Shown here in pieces: positions 44,001 to 56,000 of a DNA stretch of 64,000 bases. A model generated the notes under the pieces. It saw nothing but the letters and a program-made list of their open reading frames with translations. It did not search any database and was not told the origin of the DNA. How positions within the stretch are numbered: position 1 is the stretch's first letter; each line of letters opens with the position of its first letter. The stretch is from Lingula anatina. Lineage: Eukaryota > Animalia > Brachiopoda. The stretch covers positions 10,044,001 to 10,108,000 of the forward strand of contig CM120642.1 in assembly GCA_051362555.1 (NCBI GenBank). Reading direction: 5' to 3'. A program made the translations under genes and the position numbers.

Positions 44001-47000
44001 GGTTTGGTAAGGTGATTCATAGGTGGACATTGCATTTGGAACTCAAGTAACTAAATGATAATCAACATGTCACTGTTTTCACCAATTCAGCTAACTACCA
44101 GATAGTAGGAGTCCTCTAACTGCACTGTCTTCACTCGCAAAAAAATTCCATATGCATGTGCACACATTAAGGAGCACGCATGTACATACGCACACACATA
44201 CAGGGGCAATATCATCCGATGTATGATAACCTGCAGGCACTGAAGATATTTTAGAAAGCCTTAATGAAGTGGCTTTTAGAGCCAGGGTGTGCTGATAAAT
44301 CATTATTAATATGCAGTGGTGCCAGGCTGCTGTAATAAGAGTTCTCTGCAATCAATTACATGTCCCATTTAAAATAGTTTACCTGGATAATGCCTGGGGA
44401 GAGAATGTTGCTGGCCTGTCTCCGTCCAACTTGGTGCACTTTACTACTGTTTGATGTATTGAAGGGGTTTTCCTCAGAGATAAGATTAATTTGGTTTGTT
44501 TACAGTATATTCTGTAAAATTTTATTTTTTTAATAACTGGAGATGAAATTGATACAGATATAAACCATTCATATCTGTTAGATTTCATAACGTGTATTTT
44601 GTATGACAGTTCACTAGTAGAAGGTACTAATGACTTTTCTCATTTTTTTCTATTATTATGACCATTTGTGAATACAAACACAGCATTTATTGCTTGGTAT
44701 TTTTTGTAAGATTATGACGAATGATTGAATTTGGCATGAAATATATATTTTTTTATCCAGAATTATGTATTTTGATCACAAATTGGGATTGATTGAAGAT
44801 TCAGGAGATAATTCCCTGAAATATCTGACAGCTGTAAAATTAACTTGAAAAAAATTATTAGAAAAATGGCTTTTGAAAGTGCCCTCTTTGCTGGATTTTC
44901 CCATTTTGGGTATTCCATAGAATAAAGCACTAAGAAATTCCCCTGGGCTGAAGAGATTATGCAGTTGATGATTATCAGCAAAATTACGCACATAATTCCT
45001 ACTGAACAAAAATGTTCACATGGTCTATCACCATACTACACACAAAAATCATACCCTCTGGGGATTCTTCCCTCCCTGCCCTTGTCCCTAGCCACTACTG
45101 AACCCATCTGGTTCGATATTTTCGACCAAACCTACCAGATAAATCACTTAGAAAATTAAAAGCATTCCAGGCATTTTTCCAGGTAGTATTTCTGTTATCC
45201 TCTTGCTGCACAGGTTGTAAGTTGGGAGCTGGTGGTTGTTTTGACTTGGCTAGTGTTCCCTGTGCGTTAGACTGGAGAGCAGAGAAGGTGGCTGGTCTGT
45301 TGGGCTGACTGCACCTCTTTGTGCAAGTAAGTGAGTGTAGAGCAGTCGGCAACAGTGACCACAGTGGTCTGAAGTAGTGGATTTGATGTAAGGCAGTGAA
45401 AAATTACAATTTTGAAATGTGCACTGCTAGTCTGATTGGGTTAGTGAAAATTTTAGTGGTTGCTTTCTTTTGTTTTTAGCTGTCAATTACATCTTCAGAC
45501 TGTTTTTGGACTGAAGTTTTCTGAGGCTGTAGGGACAATTCGGATAAAATATTTGAAGGCAGACTGGTAAAAAAAAATAAAAAATAGAAAATGCAACTTT
45601 GTTCGCTTAGTCATTAACTTAATGCATTGATTTTTATTTGGATGCATTTTGTACTTGGGAAATCACCATCAGATAAAGAAATGCATTAGAGAGTTATAAC
45701 TTTGAAAGCAGGCTGTATAATGTTTTTGATAGTATTAACAGTTTGGGGCTACAATGATTTAGTGAATTACACGCAGTTACGGAAAAAAACTTTATATGTT
45801 GCTAGTAATGGCATTACTTATTTATTGTCCATTAAATGATGTAGAAAAAATGAATGAAACATCAGGCAGATAGTGTGTTAACATTGGATAAAGCAAGATA
45901 ATAACTAAATTTTTCACTTTTAATAAAAATGTAGATGTTGAACAAGAATAACTTGAGTTTTTTTTTCTTACTGCATATAATCAATTTTTGCTATAATGTG
46001 ATCAGTGTTATGATATACTGGTAGATGTCATGTGTGCTGTTATGATCAAAGAAAGATTTATCATTGTAATTACTTTGCCTGAAACGTATTAATATTTGAC
46101 CTAATTTTTATTGTACGTTATTGCAGGGAGAAAAGCTTTTTGTGTGCTATTTATTAATCATCAATTCATCCTTGCTTTTCATAGACTGCATAGATGGCTT
46201 GCTTTCTCTAATCCTCTCTCTGTTATTTGTGTTTTACTCATTGTTTCATCTATCACAATGACAAACTACAAATTTTATTTTGATTTTGAATATTTTCCAG
46301 CCCTTATGCTGGTTTTACAGTTACAAGTCAAACACTGAATAGCTTGAACATGAACCTGGACCTTATCCAACTTTGCTGAAAATAAATGTAGTTTCGAATG
46401 GCAAGAAAATAAAGCTATCAGATTTTGAAATTTTAATGAACAAGTCCTACAAAAACAGCTGCGATTTGAGGAGCTTGATCATGCTGGTATAAATAAGGTT
46501 TGTTTGAAATAATTTGACACACATATATACTATACAAGGTAGCTTGATTATTATTTTATACTTCAGCTTTATTTTGTCTGATAAAGAGGCCTATGCATGT
46601 TTGTCACTGTATGCAGTACACAGTATCAGTGCAGATCATGATGGACAAGGTATATTTTATGTGTATTTGCTCATTTACGGGCACATATTCTTCAGTTTTA
46701 CATACAGTATATAACATGCACTTTGCGTACTGTTTCACAGTCCAAAATTTCATGTAATTTTAGTGTAAGTGTATCCAGATGTGAGCGTCTCGAAAAAATA
46801 GAACCTACAAAATTGGATTGAGCTGGCAATTTTGACTGCGTGTGCTAAATTAGTGCCCGGTGGTTCTATACATAGACGGAACTGGTGTGAGACATGTTCT
46901 TAATCCATTACACATCTTACTCTCTCCCAAAGGTGTGCTACTCATGCCTTGATGGACCTAATCCAATTAACACTTACATAATTACTCCACACTCTTTCCG

Positions 47001-50000
47001 TTTACCACCAGACAGCTTTCCTGTGTATTAGATCTTTAAATTGAATCTAGAGAGCCATAAAGATACTGGAGTAATATAACAAGTAGATTGGTGATAAAAT
47101 GACAGCTGATTGAAGGTCAGATTGGTGATCTATGCTCCCAAATGGATGATAAGACATCGGGTGATTGGCATATGATGATTGGCCATCTGTGTGGTCCCAT
47201 ATGCCACCGTGATAGACCAGTAATTATTTAACACAGTGATATTGTATTTTTTTATAAAGGTGGAAAATACACATGTACATGTATGTAACAGCTGAACTGC
47301 TTGAATTTATAGTTTTTTTTATTTAATTATTATTATTTATTATTATTTTTTATTTTTATGTTATTTTATTTTTATTTTTATTTATTATTATTATTTTTTT
47401 TTTTTTGCTACATAATTCTGTTGCATGGCAAAAGCAGGCAGGTAGTTTCATTACAGATTAACATATTGATTGAAACTATTATACTTGGATGTGTGAGGAT
47501 GTGTTTTACATGACACACATAATATACTTTTATACAATGATTTGCTATTTCTAACAAATTTGAACTGCAGGTCAATAAGTTACAAAGGGAGCAAAGTAGA
47601 TTCTCAACTTTTTTATTTTATCACTCAATTCTTGGCTTCTTGCTTATAATAAGGTTCCATATATTTGAACTAGCTGCTAAAGATTTTAGAAAAAAAATGA
47701 AATTGAAGATTTCATAATCAAATACTTTGTGGTCGAACTACAACTATGATGTTGTATTTCTATACACTCTGTGCACAAGGTAACTGAACATGCATGAACA
47801 GTCCTCATAATGTAACGCATCCAGACACAAACCTAGTATTAATATTGACCTGGAACTTTTCTGACCCAAGGCATTAACTTCTCTAAACACTCTGCCTAAA
47901 TAGCATATTGTTAATTAACACACAAAAGGAAGCTGCATTTAAAGAATCTACAGAGCAAATAACCCTTCTGTCATTTTCCCTAATGATTTGATTAATGATC
48001 TATTTTTGTCTGCTAATTAGATGATATAATGATCTCATGCAATATTGATTAATGTATTTAATTCTCAGAAGAACATTTTAATGGTCGACATAATGAAATG
48101 ATATTTCAAACCAATTACCTGGTAGATATATGCTAGTAACACTGTGAGGTAAATAGTGTACTTTTACGATCACTGATAAAGTCACCCCATCTGTTCATGA
48201 GAGGCAATGTTCTTGATGTAATTATCCCACCTAATGAAAACCTGTGTGGAGTAGGTATTATCCGTAATTGTTTTAATTCATGATTACTGGCAAAAGATAC
48301 TAGTAGTAGATTTGCCAATATCATTTGTATACAGGAGGAGTGTTTACACAGTCCAGGTACAAGATTTTTCCAACTAACGGCAGATTTCCAACTTTTTGGG
48401 AGCCAAAAATATCATTGACCTAATCAGTTCCCTGAACCCCACGCCATATTTTCTGACTTTTTTTTACTAAACGACACACTCTTGAAGAGTCTTCCCTGCC
48501 CTGTATTAACATAGTATTTAAGGATTTGGTCTTATCATGCAATCTTTTGTTTTGCAAAGTTCAATTATCTAAGAAAAAAAAAGGGGTAGGGAAGGTAAAA
48601 ACAGCAGTTAAGCAATGTAATTGCAAAATTGTATTATTTAGAAAATTTCTTTTTTTTTATCACGGCATGACAGCAGTGATTAATGCCAAACAGTTGGCTC
48701 GATCGCATGCCATAGTAATGATACTCTGTCTCATTAAAAACAAATTGATTGCTGAATATTCCTCTTGTTTTACAGACCCTCAGCTTCTGGTTTGATGCTG
48801 CGAGGAATTTATCAATAAGTGCCACTTTATGATAAGACGCAAATACTTTGACTTCTAATTGCACATACTGTACGTAGACAATTGCTCTGTGATTATTACA
48901 TTTAACAAATCAGCAAATTAGGTCATGTCCCAAGAGGAGTTTTAGAATAATCTATCTTGATGCCCGAAGTACAAAAAAAGTTACAAATCCTATACAGAAA
49001 ATGGCATAAATTGTGTTGCCTAGCAACAAGTCACATGGGATGCCATTAACTGGGTATCTTCAGGTGTGTTCACACTTAGTTGAACTGGAACTATTGGGTA
49101 GTGTCATTGAGTCTATACAATTATACTTGATAACATATTTAGTGGCAAAGCCACAATAAGTTTACACATCATTTCTTTAGGTGGATTACTGCTGGGCTGG
49201 TGCATCTGATCATGGTCAGACAATCCTTCTGGTACCTGTATCTGACTTTTGAAATCAGAAACGTGATTCTGCAGAACCTGCCCATTTTGTATATGTGTGA
49301 ACACAGCCATTAGCTGGCTTGATGAAAGCTGTACTAGCATTGGTGTGGGTTTCTGCGATCAATAACTTCTCCTCAATACACGAAGCTTCAATGTAATGTT
49401 AATGTTAATGCACGCTAGCACTGTTTAGCATTTCATAGAGCAAGTCAGAGTAAAAGCACAGCAACGGAATGGATCGGCGGTAATCATTAAGCCATGTCAT
49501 CATTCTTGTAGCAGAAGTAGAATAGATTTTACCAGCAGTTTTTTGAAATATTCTCATTCAAGTAACATGGTAAGTCTGATTTAGAACAGGGAATTTCTCT
49601 TTTTGGATGGGTAGGGACTAGAGACTCTAGTAGAGTATTGTGGAATTGTCGTAAATTGTGAACATGATCCTGCTGTAGAAAATATGTGCAAAATGATCTG
49701 TCCCATGTTGATGTGGGAGTGGAAAGATGGCTGCAGAGAGGTGCATCTGAAATGAGAAATTTTATTGTCATGTAGAATGGTAAAACTTTTAGAGAGTTTT
49801 GTTCTGTTATGTTTGCCACTGTGAAAAGTGGTTCACTTTAAGACATATATATTATTCAACTGATACAGTTTGTCTCACAAATTACCAAAATTGCCACTAA
49901 AATTATACCATCTTGATTTTATTGGTAAAATGTAGAATTAAAGCTCCTTTCTACGGGCTGTTTTTAGAACAGTAGTGCCCCTGGATTTATTTATTTTTTG

Positions 50001-53000
50001 TGTTAGTTTATAACATGCATGGTTGTCCAGCTTTATTATGGGTATTAGAGAAAACTCGATCTTGATGTCTGAGCAAGCATTATCAAGGGAATAAAATACT
50101 TGCACTGGTATCTTTTGTGTGCAGTCTTCTGGAATTGGGGTCATGACCAACAGAAACCACTTGTATATGCATTCAACACAGGTTGAATTATTGAACTTCT
50201 GTAGGGATGGGCTTTATTCTTGTTGTTGTTGTTGTCTTCTGGATGCAGCCATTCAGTAGTGAGATACTTGGAAAGAAACAATAGTGATTTCTGAGGTAAT
50301 ATCTCCACAGAGGTCTGATAAGTGTGTTTGTTCAAACTGTATGATACCCATAACAGATATCACAAAGGAAAACACAAGTATCACATGTGTAAGATGTTTT
50401 GATGCATTTACAGTATGATGTGCAAGATTCTTTTTAAGGAAACCTTATGGATGAGACAAAAAGTAAAAAAGAATGATTATTTTTGTACTTTCATTCTTGC
50501 CATATCAAAGATTGCAATTTCAAAATCTGTTTCATTGCATTAATTTGACACAGTTTCAGTTTGAATAGACAGGCCTTGAAAAGAAAAAGTTCAATTTGAT
50601 GATTACCTAAAGAGTTTGGCAACAAAATTAGCTTTTCCTTGCTTAAAAAATGATATATTTGATCCAAAATGTCTGCCGTGCTTCTGCAAGAATTATTTTA
50701 AGTTGTTTAGCTGATGTGAATCGAGGCACCTAGACAATGTTTCAACACCAGTGTTGTAACCTTCAGCAGATCACAATAGAGCAGGGGATGAACTGTTGAC
50801 TTAAGGTGTAGGTTTACAAATCTTTTTATTGATTAGTATTGATATTTGCATGGCTGGTTTAATAAAGTGTAGATAATATCATTTGTATCTGAAATGAAGT
50901 GCAGGGAATAGATTTTGAATTTTGAGTAGTTTTATTGAGAAGTAATTGGCATTAATTAACATTAAATTTTCTTTTCTTTTTTATTGGTCATGATAAAGTG
51001 AAAAACATGTTTTCACTATTTTTCCAAGTCCCTCAGATGTTCATGTAAGAGCTAATCGTAATTCAGCACTGGGCAGTCAGTAAGCCACTTGGTGGATGTC
51101 CAATGCAAATTAGGTTTATGGTCAGTGAGCAAGCTACCGACTTATCGACAGTTTTATTTAGTCAAGCAGAAAACCTCTTGGATGCCACTGGTGCATTTCT
51201 GTAAAAGGACTGATGTTGTAACTTTATTGATCTATGGAGACCTAAAAGGGAGAGAAAGATGAAGAGAAGTGCAGAGAAGGGGTTGTGTATTTCTGATTCA
51301 CATCAACTGAGGGATGTCAAAATTTTTTTAAAAATCATGTTTGGGTATTTGACTAATGTGTGACAGGTACAGAATCAAAGTGTTGTACATAATTAACTTT
51401 GTGAGAATATATTGTTTGAGTTAACAAGCTGATGCCACATGCATTTATTTGTATATTTTAAAAAACATGTCAGAGCATTTGTGACTTGATAACTTCATTT
51501 TTGTTTCATACAAAGCCAAAGTCATATTTACTGTTACCTTTCATATGTGACAGTTGATTTTTGACATCTTTGACTAAATGCACATGGCATCTTATTGAAA
51601 TCAAGCCAAACAGGTAATAATATAAAGAATTTAATAACACCATATCTCAAAAAAAAAAAAAATACTCTAGAAAAGTGACTGAGCATATTTTTAACAGTCA
51701 TTCTTAATACATGAACTCAAAGGGAAAAAAAAAGCACAACTTGTGTTAGTTTAGCACATATTGAATAATGCTTTAGAGTGTGTTTGTGCATTTAGTCACC
51801 AACAGGTCCCATTTATTGAGTTTTTCAAGTGAATCACATTTGAACGTAATAGCAGCACTAGATCTGTATAAAGCTAGAAAAATCAATTCCGTTTGTCACT
51901 TAAGCGAGCCAACATGTGTTTGAACACACGTCTCTGACAGCTAGGTGGCCTCTTCGTTTGACATTGAGTGAGAGAGACCAGTTAGGTAACATTGGTGCTA
52001 CTGTACACAAACAAAGTTGGTTTAGGATGGAATTTTTTCTCAAAGATGTGTGTTATGTGGTATAAAATGTTAATTTTTCGTAAAGAGTTTGTCATTGTTA
52101 GGTTTGAATATTATGAAGAACAGCTTTGACCTGTCTATTTTAATATTATAGCTGTATTTGCTTATTTATAAGGACACTTCTATATGCATGTCCACATTTT
52201 GTATCAGGTTGATGGCTTGATTGTGTGTAGAGTTTTTAGAAATAATCTTAAATCATCAAGATTTAAACATTTTCTGAAGAAGTAGTATGTCATTAAGAAA
52301 ACGCTATTGTTAAGAGCTTGTCAATGATTTTATGGTAGAAAAAAGAAGTAAGAAATTCATCAGGAAACGGAAGATTTATTGAGGGTAAATCATTAAGGTT
52401 ATCATACGATAAGAAGGTGAGTATATGTGATATTTCAAGCAGAGTCAACAGTGTTAGTGATTGAATATGGCCTTGTTCTGTAAGTATTGTTAACGGATTG
52501 ATTTTCTTTTTTCCCTACGTATAGGTGGGCAGTATTTTGTTCTTCTCCTTCTGTAAAATTGTATTTGTTAATAACCTATCAGCTTTTGTTAAATGACAAT
52601 TGGTTATTGTTACTGATCTGCAACCCACAGGACAGGCTTTAATATCCTGTTTTTTTTAATGAATTTGTCATTTGAAAGAAATGATGTGTACAATTGTACT
52701 GAATGTTCATGGTTAAGTTACTGAGCCACAACTGTAGGGATCTGACGATGGAAATTACTTGGTTAGTTGGGTAATTTAAGGCAGTGTATTAACAGACATG
52801 AGCTTTTTCCATGGAAACGTGGAATTCCACGTTTTTTATTCAATTCTGATGGGCGGCCCTTTTTTTTTTTTTTTTTTTTTTTTTTGAAACCTAGGCTCCT
52901 GTATGTATTAAGAATATTACAATTATAATGAGAGTGTATATATTTTTTTTCTTTTCTGTTTTAGAGGTTGTGAATTTACCTGAAATACTCCAATGTAAAT

Positions 53001-56000
53001 TATGTTGAATAAAATTTGTCACAAAAAGAATGTTTGGGGGCATCCAAGTGATCAAGGGGGGTTTAAGAAACATTTATAGATGCTTAATTGATGTATAACA
53101 TGTGGGATGAAACTGACAGGGGTGCTTTTTTGTATTAATTAACAATACTCAGTGGGAAGTTTGTCAGAAATACTCTTTTTCAGAGAGATAATTGGTGGGA
53201 CTGTAATATGTCATAAAAATCAATTTTATGATAACATCACTTTCATTTTATCCGAAAAAATGAAGACCAGCATTACTGAACAAGTGGCAGTTTCAAATCG
53301 ATTGTTCATATCTTGAAAGAAAATGATCTTCTTTTATCAAACCTTGGGCATCAGTCATGTCACATATTATTAATCAAATATTCATCAGGATACTGAGGCT
53401 TTGGTTATTTGAACAGTAAAAATCACATTTTTATTAGGTTTTAGTGGGCTCATAAATTTGATATATCACATACCATCCATGGGCAGTAGGCACTTTTATA
53501 TATATTCTAAATTAACAACAATATTTATGTATTCTTGTTACAAAATGTGTTGTTTAGATAATGTTTTGACATCCTGGTAACCACCATTTTTTGGTTGGTT
53601 AGAAGGTTCTGTTTGTATTGGCTAAAGATGAACTGCTCTATCTGACACTTCTGAATTTATTTCATTTTGTTCTATTTTAGGCTGAGAGCAGGATTCCCAC
53701 AACTGATCGAGAAAAGAGGAAATCTTTTCTACCCCAGCCTAAGACGTTCACCAAAGTTTCGTCATCAAGCTCTCAGCCATCACCACAACAACAGGGGGAG
53801 ACACCATCAGTACCCCAGAACCAACAGAGGGAATCACCCACACCCCCCACTGTGGCGGAGTCAAACATAAAACCCCCACAAGAAAATGACTCTGTCATTT
53901 CGTCAGCACCGACCCTGGATTTGAAGGTCGGAGACTATGTTTGTATCAGTGGGAAGAAGTGTGGTGTGTTAAGGTATTTTGGCAGAACGCACTTCGTGGA
54001 TGGCACATTCTGTGGGATTGAGTTGAATGAGCCTGAAGGGAAACACGATGGTGAAGTAGGAGGGGTGCGATACTTCACTTGTCGTCCCATGCATGGTATC
54101 TTTGCACCACGCAGCAAGGTCTCAGCATTACCATCTGAAACCCAGTCAGTAACTGATTCTTCTTCAGAAACTGCACAACCACAAACGGAGGCAGAGGTAA
54201 GACCATCAGATGGTGTCGAAAGCACAGAAGAAACGCCCCTGCCTTCAAGGTCAAGGCTGATCAAGCCACGGAGCATTCCCAAAGGGATCTATCAAGGGAA
54301 ACGCTCACACTCTCAGTCACCAGATTCTGAACAGGTCTCTCTAAGGAGACCAGAGGTCAGTGAGATCGCTGTTGCAGACACAGAATCTGGGGAGGATACA
54401 ACAGACAGCGAGGCACCCGCGTCAACTTCAGAGCCTGGCAAAAAGAGCAAGTTTCAATCTCGACTGGCCAAACCTAAAACTAGATTGCCAGTTTCAGGAA
54501 TTCCCCAAAAATCAAGTTCTCCACATCAGTCTCGGGATTCATCGCAGGAAAGAGAGAAATCGGTAGTCGGTAAAGAATCTGAGAAGACATCTCAGCCCAA
54601 TGTAGCAACAACACAATCCAAACTCCCACAACGTAAATTATTTGGAACAAAGAGCTTTTTGAATCAAACCTATTCCTGTGAGGAGTCATCTATCTCTGAC
54701 CACGCAGTAGTGGAAGTGGACACTGGTCGACAACCTGTAACTGACCAGACATTCAATAAAGATAGCCCATTATTGTCAGGGACCGTATCTACCAAGGAAC
54801 AAGAATCACCATGTTTAATCACAGACATCAAAAATGTTACAGTAGACATAAATAATTCCAATAGTCACAGGGAAACACAGATCACAACGCTGGATAAAAC
54901 CTATGAAAAACTTACCTTTGACACCAAACTTCACTCTCAGGGCTCTGAATCAGATGCACATGTTCCAGATTTGAGTTCCATTTTGGTGGCTGCGGTGGGA
55001 TCAGAACAAACCACAGAGACAGCTGGTGGGGAACATAGAAAACTTCCTGGAGAACTGAACCTAACTTATGATACTGGTTCTGTGCAGCTAGCCTCCCCCA
55101 TTCCTGATCTCCTGACCCCATCAGCTTATATGGCTACTGCTGGATCTGATACTGAACAAGAAGGTAGGCTTTTTTATTAAACATTTATATAAGACTCACT
55201 GTGAACTGTTCAAATTTCATCTGCTCTGTTAAAAGAACTTTAAAAAAATAGAACTTTTTTTTTTAATTTCGGCAGGTAACCATTGCATAGGCTTTTTGTT
55301 AAACATTATCATATATTAAACTCACTGCGAACTGTTCATATTTTATTAGCTCTGTTAAAAAACTTTAAAAAAGGAAAAATATAGAACTTTTAAAAAGATT
55401 TTTGAAGGTAATCATTGCATGTCCAAAATGCTAAAATAAATTGAGTAGACACTTAAGCAATTATATGCACACAGTATATAGCAGCAGAAGTAAAGTCCTA
55501 GCTGTGAGGGACATTAACTTAGTTACATACTGCTCTCTGCCCAAAAGAAAAACCTTTTAATTTCATACTGTATTAAGGAAAATTGTTGAGAAATTGATTT
55601 GATGTATATGAATATATAGATTATACTTAATATTATTTTATATGTCTAGTGATATTGATGTCGAAATGTTTAAAATACTGCAAATAGTTACAATTAGCAT
55701 GTTAAGAAGTTCATGTTTTTTTGTTTTTTTTTAACTTACTGCAAAACACAAAGTCATTCCCAATAATGCTCCTTTGGACTGCTTAGTAAACATTGTACTA
55801 CCAACTGAATGTGACATTTTTAACCTGCTGCAGGAGAATGAGATATATAAGAAAAGGTTCTTGTTTGTAATCAGACCACAGTTTATCGTTCTGTGCAATC
55901 CACTTCTTTTTAAAAGCATTTCTGGACAATTGATAAAATGGTGTTTTCTACTGCTACTTTTCAATGCATTGTTTATCATGTTGCTAGGTGAATGAATATT

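Noticed and set aside
52339-52416. Possible 78-nt phase 0-0 cassette exon ending AAG|gtgagt
   Set aside because: The acceptor lacks a pyrimidine tract and there is no in-frame ATG; unsupported without RNA data.
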